Part shown: positions 53,593 to 64,000 of the stretch, piece by piece | Layout: each line of letters begins with the position of its first letter | Numbering within the stretch: the stretch's first letter is position 1 | NCBI RefSeq assembly: GCF_026571515.1 | Contig: NW_026854044.1 | Span: forward strand, 186,001 to 250,000 | Direction of reading: 5' to 3' | Length of the DNA: 64,000 nucleotides | DNA from: Ruditapes philippinarum | Lineage: Eukaryota | The notes under the pieces: model-generated | Databases searched by the model: none | Told to the model about the DNA's origin: nothing | The model's input: the letters and a program-made list of their open reading frames with translations, nothing else | Translations under genes and position numbers: made by a program

Positions 53593-56500
53593 ATGGAAGG
53601 AAAACACGTTGTTGTTATTGGTGGTGGATCGTACAGAATGAGACCCCTATGGCCGGACGCTGAAAAATACGGTATAAAGGTACGTGTACCTGTGTATAGG
53701 ATCTGTTTGTAAAACAACAGCGACAACAACAACAACAACAAAATACAAACTTGAATTTCTGGTTGCATGATACCATAAAATTGTAGATACCATAACATTG
53801 TAGTAAATGTAAGAGGTTAATAAATTACGGTTGGTTTACATATTCCAGCTCAGATGATGAAATAAAAAAGATAAAAGATAAACGCTAGAAACATACATGT
53901 ATGTGGTAAGAACTTTGATACACAAACATTTTTAGAACTACTTTTATTTATTTTAGGTTATACTTGATTGAATTTTTGTCGCGCTATTAATTTTGGACGA
54001 AAATATTTATCAAATACATTTACCGTTACTGATTCCAGGTCATACTTGTGGAATCTGATCCAAATCATATTGCACGAGATCTTGTGCATTGTTTTATAGA
54101 GTATGATTTCTCTGATCATACGAGGGACCAAATGCATGCCGAAAATATAATAAATACGATACATGGTATGGGGATGAAGATTGATGGTTGTCTATCATTT
54201 CTAGACAAGTTAACTCCCTTGGTTGCACTCATTTGTGAATCATTAGAATTAAGAGGTATGGTATTCATTTTTAGTTTTTAGCTTTTTGAGATAAATCATT
54301 ATTTAAAGTGTATCTATGGTTATTTACTGTAATAATTTAAACAAAGTATAGATATTTAACCATTGTAAAATATAATAAAATCAGAATAATGAATAGGGCT
54401 TAAGCCACTACATAAGACCCTGTCATACACTTCCCCTCTCTGTTAAATGACGTCTCGTCATTTTTAAATGTCAAAGCCTTAACATTGTATTAAATAAATA
54501 TATAGTATGGTTACAAACATCTACACTACAAGGCCATTTATATAACCATTTCAATACTGTCAGTCCTTTCATTTACTTTATAAAAATAAAAAATCATCCG
54601 TGAAATTTTGCAAAAGGATTTTTTTTAATGACCAATTATTCGACATGCTTGCCTGTTTGCTGAACAATACATATTGTAGATAACTTTCTTAAGGTAGTCT
54701 TACTGTAATGATATCCCGCCAAACAATTCTAACATCGGCCAATATCGTAATATATCGGCCATTTACGGAACGTTTTTATTTCACAATCTTCGGTATTCAA
54801 TACGTTTTAACCGTTTATAACCGGAATTTAGTACATAGCGATAAAGGATGAGTGATTGTTAATGATTTTATGCCCACGATTTTGAAAAACAAAACAAAAC
54901 AAAAATAGAATGTTTTGGCGGGAAAGCATTAAGAGACTACCTTAAGAGTATAATATGTTAAGCAGAGGGTTTGTCTAATTTAGTTATAAATCTCTTTATA
55001 TTGCTTAATTACTGCTTGTTTGAAAGTCTTTATAAAAATATTGGTCTTCTAAGCATTGATTCTTATCTGTATTATGCAATGACTTATTAATAAACAGTTA
55101 TATTATTTTTAATAACATTCAGGTCTGAGTTACAAATCAGCGATTATAGCGAACTCGAAATCACAAACACAGAATGTGCTGAGCATGAACATAAATGAAA
55201 CTGAAGCGTCAAATGCTGGTGTATTTTCTTCAAAGGCAGTCCATCTAAGAAGTGATTCGGACTGTGATGATTTACCGGAAAGGTTACGCGTTATATCTTA
55301 TTTCCTAATTTAATTTTTATATATAAATTTATTTTTATATATTCAGGGTTGCTTTTTATTTGAGGCTAAATCGTCTGGTTTGTTCAATTGATCCATTTTT
55401 ATCATCTTCAGTTTTAGAGCGGCTTTTAGTTTTATTTTCTGTTGGAAAAAAACAACAATTCCGTATTTAATGATTTTATCTTCGAATTTTATTTATGATT
55501 TTTATCTACATCATATCACCGTTAAGACTTTTTTCTAAACAGCGACCGAGAGCTGTTTATGACGTGTCAGTGACATCTTAAACCTTTAGAAAAACTGAAA
55601 GCTGCTTTAAGTTTCCTGCTGCGAATCAAAAACTAGAAAATGTTTAGGTCTTCATAACATAATTCTGCATGTGAATAAATCTAGGACTTTTTAAAACTGT
55701 GTTTTTTTTTTTAATTATTACTTTCAGTTTTAAGTTTCCTGCTATACTCAAACTAGACAATTGCGCATTTGGAATCGGAGCTTGCAAAGTAAAAAGCAAA
55801 GAAGAAATGAAGGAGCAATATCAACAAATAACAAGTTCTCTATGCACAGATTCGGCCTTTCCCGGGATTGGACTCAGTCGCGGCAATTCAATGACAACAT
55901 TTGAATTTCACTCTGGTACAGAACATAATGTTGATGTCATTTTGTATGACAAAACTCTTGTATGGGCATCTATAACTGATAGCGGGGTAGTGAGACAGCC
56001 ATATTATATAGGTAATTTCTCTAATTACTACTATTTACAGTCTTAAGGTATGGCTTACAACATTTTAAACCTACGTCAGGTTTAAAATGTTATTAAATAT
56101 AATACGAATAATTTCGCGCGTTATGGAGTATGTTGGTTCATCTTTACGAGTAATAGAAGGAGCATCGAAACAGGAGGCTATCTGATTTGTAAATATATAA
56201 ATATATAAATCAGATTGCCGAGTGTCTTGATGACCTTTCTTTTATGTATCATATACACAAATATACACAAATAAAAACGCATTTCCTCTCGTCCCAGAAA
56301 ATAATTACCAATGCACGAGCATTTGAATATGTTTTTTCTATCGTTATTTCTTTCCCTATTGTCCCCAGCTCTGAAGTGAGGGTAGCTAATACCTGCACCC
56401 CAGGTAACTCACTGTAAATGTATATGAATACGATATATAACTGCGACACATTCTTAACAAAAAGGTTCCAAAACTATGATGCAACAAGAATTAATGCTCG

Positions 56501-57702
56501 GATTGAAACTAATTTTATATACTACAAACCTAATTATTTCATAGTTGGTACAGCCAAAACACCTCTTAACACCATTTTAATATGAATAATTTAATAAATG
56601 AAATGCATGAATTAACTTTAAACAAAGATGGAATTAAAGAAATTTATACTGCAAAATCTTTGACTACATTTAAAAAACACACAACATTTTGCCTTCATTT
56701 TTCACTCATTAGGTACTGCTAAACGTCTACCTTCATTTCTACCAGACGACAGCCGTAAAAAGCTAATAGACGCTGCCTTCAAATGTTGCTTAGGGATAGG
56801 TAAATATCAAATTTATTCAAAATCTATCTATATTAAAATATAAGATAAAATAACAATATTTAGACTCAACTCCTACGATCAAAATTCCAAACCTGATTGT
56901 ACATAGATATTGTAAACTATTTTTATTGGTCTTGACAGTTTTCTTTTCTCCATATTTATACATCCCCTACAGTGATGACTTTCTATTATCTAAAATAATG
57001 AACAGAAAATGATAACACCTTATCCGAGTGATTATGAATATACACGACTATTCAAGTTTTTTACAATACCATGAGAGTGAGTGAGTGAGTGAGTGAGTGA
57101 GTGAGTGAGTGAGTGAGTGTCAAATATATGTACAAATAATCTGTACGTGATAAAATAACAACCGTATATATATATAAGTGATCTTATCATGTATGTATGT
57201 AACTATAAATTATATTTTTAAAGGTCTAACGGATGGAACGTTCAATGTTGAGTTAATAATGACAGCCAACGGACCAAAACTTGTAGAAATCAATCCAAGA
57301 ATGTGTGGCTACGTCTTCAGGGATTGGATAATGAAATTGTACGGAATTGATATCATGTTATATACAATGATGATCTCTTGTGGAATAAAACCTGAAATAC
57401 CAAAAATTTCAACAGACACAATACAGATGGGCGTAATGGTTATACCATCTTTACATGGAAAACTTCTTACAGATGATCATTACAAAAATAAATTGAATGA
57501 AATGATTGAATGTGGTGACGTCACATTTCTACAATTCCTTGATAGTTTTGAGCATCTGTCCACTTACGACCAGCCGTTTGGAAATGTTTCTGTGTCTGGT
57601 ACAAATCCGATAGAAGTAAAGAGAAAATTGATGAATATATGTAAAGCACTCGACATTGACCAAAACGATTACCAAGTTGACAACTTTATAAGAAACTTTT
57701 GA
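53593..57702 (+). CDS. CARNS1: Carnosine synthase 1-like ATP-grasp ligase (C-terminal ~437 aa; 5' end uncertain)
   Basis: Phase-consistent exons 53593-53679, 54039-54255, 55123-55282, 55728-56011, 56713-56799, 57224-57702. Motifs MEGKHVVVIGGG, LVESDPNH.A..LV..FI.YD...H.RD, IDGCLSF, FPAILKL, FPGIGL..GN, GTEHNVD, AAFKCCLGIGLTDGTFNVE, GPKLVEINPRM.G. Candidate upstream exons 51509-51585 and 52103-52232. Confidence 0.85.
54693..54941. mobile_element. Kolobok-like MITE in a CARNS1-like intron
   Basis: TTAA|GGTAGTCT...CCCGCCAAA ... TTTGGCGGG...AGACTACC|TTAA. Confidence 0.75.
57074..57118. repeat. (GAGT)n microsatellite
   Basis: Direct reading. Confidence 0.95.
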
Positions 57703-58328
57703 GTATCACACTTGATTATGTACATGGTTGGCTTGATTTTTGCAATTGAGGGATAGAACAAGCATGAATATAATCAAATACATGTATGTTAACAATTACT
57801 ATATATTTACGACTATTGAAGACATTTGAATTCTGATTACAATACATAAAATAAAATGTAGTCCAATGTATTCTAACTTTGTGTTTATTTCTCTCTGCTT
57901 TACGCTGACTTCGCCACCTTTTTTGGCTATATCATGGCGTTATATTGATTTAATTAACTTGCCTTCCTGTATAAAGAAACAAGTACTCAAGTGACTGGCT
58001 ACCTGAGTTATGCGGACGACAATGAACTTGGAAAGCGGTCTGTGAACTATACATTATATTTTGGGGATTTCTCAAAACACGTTAAGCTGTATGCAAGTCT
58101 AATACAAATAATTTCTGATTTTTAGATACATTTTATTAATATGGTATTTGAAAGAAAAACCAATCTAATAAGATATAATAGAGGAATCACAACCAATGTC
58201 TCTCAAAAGTCTTGGCATTTTCCATTTCATAAATTAATTATAAAGTTCGTGATTTTCACGGACTAGTTCATCGAGCGGGTAGCGTAGTCTGCGCCTGTTG
58301 TTTTCTTGGGGTTTCCTCACTATCGTTC

Positions 58329-59404
58329 TCAGAAGAGGAAAGCCCAGCAGCTCATATTGTCGCAAATGTCTCGGGTGGGAGCGATGCTGTATGCAGTCGC
58401 TAGATCCTGATCGACTGATTGTGATTGTTGTCCATCTACAAGCTGTGTCTTCGGCTGTTCTGCTTGTCCAGGTGCTGATCTGTCAACAAGGCTGCGTTCT
58501 GCGTCTTCAATGGCCGCAAAAAGCTCTCTGAAACAATATGCATATGCATATACATGTAACAGTGTTTATAATATACTAAGATTTTGTTACTGATTGCTTT
58601 TTGGAAAATATTGTTGTACTTTACGAAACCAGTATTACATTGATCGTAATGGTTTAAAATCTAGTCTAATCATGTGTAAAAATGCCTTTAAATCGTCGTG
58701 TACCCAAATATGACTTGTTTTGGTAACATGTATTTCGTTTTGTAAAACAAAATTCTTGCGAAGTAGAACACAACGATTTTTACAATTAATGTAATTACAT
58801 TAATATTATTGCCTTATGTCAATGTTCCAGATCTGTTTCTGTTGTTTGGCCATCAACTTGTTTAGTTTTGTTAACAGACGGTCCGGTATCATACCTGTTT
58901 CCCAGTTGCAATTTTTATGTTTGTTTTATAAGCTACATGTAAATAGGATTTTACATCAATTTTACTTCATCGTCTGTTGTATTCACAGGTTTATTTTCTT
59001 GCGCTGTAATATCGTTACTGAAATAATAATAATAAATATCATAACATAACATAACAGACTATAGTTTTTTAATTGTAAAATATGTAAAATACATTGTACA
59101 TTCAGTCTCTTGTAATTCTACTCAAAGAATGGCTATATACATGTATACAATGTAATGTTTATCTTTTATGTTGAAATGTTTGTAATTGTGAACAGATGAG
59201 ACGATAATATATAAAATTAATAACAATTCAACTTGTCAATTTAGTTCCCTTTTCCGAGAATAACAATACACTTTCGTTTGCTGCTCGTTATGATTCTGGC
59301 TGCTAACATACCCGACATACAGAACACTATCTGGCTTCTCTAACGTGAGTGTCTCGGCCGTTAAGGATACAGTCCGAGGCCTCTTTCCAAAAATCAATGG
59401 GTAC
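58329..59404 (-). CDS. 3' exons of an unidentified gene (possibly a pseudogene)
   Basis: Phase-2 exons 59404-59270 (YPLIFGKRPRTVSLTAETLTLEKPDSVLYVGYVSSQNHNEQQTK), 59017-58955 and 58527-58329 (ELFAAIEDAERSLVDR...DICDNMSCWAFLF*) splice in frame. The upstream exon-like block 59926-59697 has stops in all frames. Confidence 0.45.
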
Positions 59405-59429
59405 CTAAGACAATTTATTGAATGACGAT

Positions 59430-59572
59430 TACAAACGCTTACGCACCCTATAACAAGTAGAGAAACTGATAGCGAACAACATGGATCCAGACCAGCCTGC
59501 GCGGATGCGCAGACTGGTCTGGATACATGCTGGTTGCAAACAAATAATGTTGGTTTTGTCGTGGCGCGGCTC
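59430..59572. mobile_element. Partial Sola-like MITE
   Basis: GCGAACAACATGGATCCAGAC...GGTTTTGTCGTGGCGCGGCTC right half. Confidence 0.7.
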
Positions 59573-62082
59573 AATTCTTTGTTTGTAAAAAAATAAAAAC
59601 TGACATATAGTTACATTTACCGTAGTTGTATGATTATCAATAAAACATGAAGCAAACTTTTTTTATTTTGATACAACCCCAGGGGTTAGTTCGTACTTTA
59701 CAGCTAAATTTCACAGTCCGTTTTCGTCTTCACAACTTTACTAGTCCCAAACCGATTTCCCATCATTAGACTCATTGCTCGAGACCAGCTATCATGGAGA
59801 TATTTTGTCTTATACGAGAATCGAACCAGAGGCCTCAGGATAACTAATCCGATTTTCTTTCCATGCGTACAGTGGTTCAGATACATAAAACCTCGCCTTT
59901 GTAAGCACTTATCATGTTATGCGAACTATTAATTTATCACGTACCAGTGACGTTTTGCGACTTCTTAAAACATGATATTGCACGGCCGAACCAATATTTT
60001 TGACGCGAAACCTTTTGCGTTATACTAAAGCGCTAAATGTAAGCGTTACACTACAGGCAATCCAATGAAAAATAATTCTTTTGAACTTTATACAGTCTTT
60101 ATTTGGGGGATGTGATAGATAGAATATTATGCTCATTCATGTTTATTTATTGAGCATTGAACGTACACTCATTCAAGATCCTCTCTATAAGTTGTATTCG
60201 ATTATACATGTAGTCGTTTCATATACTATTTACTTCAGTACAATGTATGTTCTTACTGAACTGAACCATATACATGATGATAGGGTGTCTAGCACAACAT
60301 TTGCGAAACGCCAAAATGTCTTACTTCAGACCGAGGTATCGTATTGTTCTTCATACAAAATATATGTCAAGTCTATATACGAGAAGAAACAGATAATAAC
60401 TTTCCAAAGACAAGGTGAAATCAAAGATTTTTCTTTCATCGAAAATGTCATCAAATTTGAGTTTATTACTCTTTACTACATGCAAAATGATACACTAACT
60501 CAGTCAATATAGTTGAAACAGTTGGGGCATACCGTGAAAATATATTGCTTTGATTACGAAATACAACGCCTTTTTAGTACGTTTAGTTAAAATACAATAT
60601 AAATATATACATTATTGTCGATTGGACAAGTTATACGACATGAATAACCTACATTTATATATTTGGTATGATCTTTACGCTTTTAGGCATTGTACAACTT
60701 TGTCACTTAGTCACAAACAAGCATTATTCGTCCCTAACATCACCTCATTTTTGTGTGTTTTTTTTTTCTGTTTGTGTGTGTGCGAATATGATTGAAAGAG
60801 ACAATCCACACAACACAATCTTGGTAACGTCGGTCGAAGAAAGATCTTCCCGTGTGTGGGGTTTATGCGTTTGGAGAAATTCGAAAACATAGAATTACTT
60901 ACATTGTCTAACTAGTATTTTGACAAACATTTGTCCTTCATGTCTTTCAAACATTACAGTATTAATAAACCTGCAACTGATCAGCCTTCTATCAAACAAA
61001 ACACATTTGTAAGTAGGTCTTTAATTCTACAGTAAGTATGGGCAAAAGAAAAGGTAGCCAACTATTATCAGTCTAACGGAATAAGAAATGCGACTATTTA
61101 GTTCAATGAAGTGCAGTGCCCCAATATTTGCGCCAGTAGGCCATTTTTATCCGAACGTTTTCTAAAACTTACCGTAGTAACATACCCGTCTTTGTGGATC
61201 TTGAAATCATGCTTAACATTTATATATAATTGAGTTCGCCAGGTCAAAGAAAAAAACACATTGTTGTTATATGACATATGTTTGTGACAAGAACGCGTCA
61301 CGTTGAGGTCGACTAGACCTTTTGTAAACACTATTTCTTCGAGATACATGTATCTAATGTTTTTCGAATTGCGTTATGCTGGATTAACGATTAATTGTTT
61401 GAAAAATTCGATGGAATACTTGAAAAAATGGAATATTTTTACAATTTAAGATATTTTATAAGCTATTACCTGCAATTAAATGTAGCCTGCGGTAACTTTT
61501 TTTGCCCAGAAAGGTACGGTGTTTCGACCAGAAGAATGACACTTTCATATTGCGTGGAAAAGTTATGGAAACGCTCTATCATCGTGATACATATGTACGT
61601 TAGCTTTAAGCCAATTTCCATGATAAACGTAAACATGTTGATTTTTAAATCATTATTTTTAAATTTATTTTAGTCAATATAGGAATGTAATGTAACAAAT
61701 TGATCGCCTCGAGTATTACAAATAATACTCATGCCGTTTTAAACAATTATCATTGTCGAAGCTGTATCTGTTTAGTTGAAGTAAAATAAAAATGGAGAAA
61801 TAGAAAGTAAGTTGAAATAAAAAGAAATTATACAGATATTTATTGTTTGTATATTTTATTATTTAGATTTATTATCTGCTATACATTTTATTATTTTGAC
61901 AATTAGCCATAGTTACCTTTAAACAATTATTCAATTATCTGTGGAATAGACACTATTATAAGTTTACACATTATTATATATGGTATAATTATATAACACC
62001 GTATAATGCAATTTGACATTTCCCCTAACTCAAGATGGAATTGTACCGAAGCCGGAAATATGTAAACAATTTAAATTAATAA

Positions 62083-62554
62083 TATACAGTTATTTCATAT
62101 GTGATTTGGAAACAGTCAATCTGTTGGCTCGAGATGGATGGGATAGTATTTTGAACTGTTGCCCAAGGCCGTAAGCCGAGGCCAACAGTTCAAAACACTA
62201 TCCCCGACGCCGAGAGACAACAGTTTGACTGTTCCCGAATCACATATGAAATAACTGTTTTATTTCCTGATCAGTAAATGTTTTAACAATACTTGCAGTA
62301 GGATAACGGAACAAGAAAATAGTTATGCGAATTTGTTAATAACTAAACTTTCTCAATTTAACAACATTTTAGCTATGTAACGTCACGTCTGGTTGATGAT
62401 CAAGATCGTTGGACGTTTCAAGGGGGAATCCTCTATGACGTCAGAGCACGCGAGGGAAACAGTCGAAACTATTGACCGTCAACTTCGCGAACGTGGACGT
62501 GTTTTAGAATTTAAGAAAACAGTAAAAACTTTTATATAGGGTATCAGGTAATAA
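62083..62554 (+). mobile_element. One-ended hairpin element
   Basis: Arms ACAGTTATTTCATATGTGATT...AATCACATATGAAATAACTGT around CAAGGCCGTAAGCCGAG. TTCCTGAT after the hairpin is inverted at the far end (ATCAGGTA). Confidence 0.75.
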
Positions 62555-62653
62555 CAAACATTGTTTAGATATTAGATACATTGTGCACTTTGTATTCATA
62601 ATTATAATATTATTAATTTCACCCAAAGATATAAAGTATTTTAATGAATGGAT

Positions 62654-63700
62654 TGTAACAACGCCTTGTCGGGTCAAACGCATTTTGTGGTCCGACCCAA
62701 AAGCGGGTTAAATTTCTCAGCCGACTTCAGGGTCAAACGCACTCTGGGATCAAAATAGAGAAATTGACACCAACATGCGTTTATATGCTCTATATTAAGA
62801 GTTGTGTAGGTGTCAATTGAGTTCGGCTCTAAATACTCTCTTATTTTTTATATGGTATTGAAATATTTGAGGTGGAATTTGAAATGACGGTCGATACTTA
62901 TATACATCACTGTTCAATTTTACAAAGTGTCTATTTAATCTGACATAGCAGTAATAAAACACGTGTTTGATGTTTAAGTGGTAAATGTCTTATTTATTTT
63001 TTTAACTTCAAATATATGACAAATTGTGATCATATAACAACCACTACAAGTACTGAAATTACTTTTTGGTGCCATATCAAAACCCATTTTAAATAGGATG
63101 GTGATGTAATGAAATGCGGTTAAAATCATCTCAATGCATTTTATTGTCTGTTTAAATGACTTTTTAACAGGTAAGTAAGACAAAATATATTGACGTTTAT
63201 GGAGAAAATTTAGTGACGGCAAAAGCTACATTTCATTACAATATTATTTTACAATTCTCGATATTCCAACAATGTCGAAAAATCATTAAAGTTTGAGAAC
63301 AAACAAATATGTTTTTAATTTCAGTCTTCTTCATGATCATGACCGTGTTTCTCTATCAGTTTATGTCTTACTGTAAATGTATTTTTGGTTTTCATCTCGT
63401 AGAAAGCTGCCGTTTTGACATTTTTATGATTTTGTTTTGTACGTCGGGAACCAATTACCTTATTTTTTAAAATTTATTGCTGCTAAGAAAATTTAAACTT
63501 TTCTTATATGTTTGCAACCACTTATTCTTAATTTGTGGCCATTTTGGACGTCTTCTTTGGGCTAAGAAATAAACCAAAAAAAGGGAGTAAAATGTAATGT
63601 TAACGTTAATTTTCAGTTTATATTCTGAATCAATAAAAACCAGGTTATTTTGGGTAATATTATAGGTTTTGCAAATCATATCTGTTTTATGTACCTCCAA
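62654..63700. mobile_element. TGTAACA-terminus element, copy 2 (inverted relative to copy 1)
   Basis: TGTAACA start; GGGTCAAACGCACTCTGGGATCAAAATAGAGAAATTGA matches the reverse complement of 49540-49577; 63510-63560 matches 48830-48880. Confidence 0.6.
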
Positions 63701-64000
63701 AAACTTTTGCCATCTTGAAATGGTACGAGATGACAAGTGTTTTCCGAAAATTACTAAATACGTGTTTGAAAATAAACCCTGCCACAATTGAACGTGAATT
63801 TTATCTTAATATATATGTTCGATCGATCTTGTTTAATGTGATTAATTCTTTAAAAGATGGCATCCTTCTTGGGGGCCACATTAGATATTTTTTTCCAGTG
63901 GTAAAACACTTATATATCCTGAAAATTTTCAACGTAAGTGTCTTTAGAACATTAATTATAAAAGAACTAGAATACATTTAAAATTGCAACATCCCTATAA

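Noticed and set aside
53958-53972. Alternative acceptor for the CARNS1-like exon (TTAG|GTTATACTTG, echoing CCAG|GTCATACTTG)
   Set aside because: Gives a stop after four codons; the acceptor at 54038 keeps the frame.

Overview
AT-rich, intron-containing animal DNA; the repeat families and gene content point to a mollusc, most likely a bivalve (inference). There is one assembly gap at 52240-52415. Four + strand genes can be assembled by hand with consistent splice phases: (1) an unrecognised ~476-aa coiled-coil/acidic protein over 11 exons (3269-26324); (2) a 7-exon betaine-homocysteine S-methyltransferase-like gene (27590-30513); (3) an intronless heparan-sulfate 3-O-sulfotransferase-like gene (35200-36246); (4) a carnosine-synthase-like ATP-grasp ligase (53593-57702, 5' part unresolved around the gap). 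A partial or decaying minus-strand gene lies at 58329-59930. The rest is dense with mobile DNA: a TIR element carrying a HIRAN-domain gene, a 5.4-kb IS3EU element with TSD and a decayed transposase, a Transib-like 2-kb element with ~550-bp TIRs, Kolobok- and Sola-like MITEs, tRNA-derived SINEs, two minisatellites, and many non-autonomous one-ended hairpin elements. The most striking pattern is in those hairpin elements. Their arm sequences are unrelated, yet they share an apex of CGAG-[GC mini-hairpin]-CGAG on one strand. This predicts tandem sheared G.A pairs, usually with a GNA triloop, in single-stranded DNA. Three of these elements are nested inside one another at 36431-39759.
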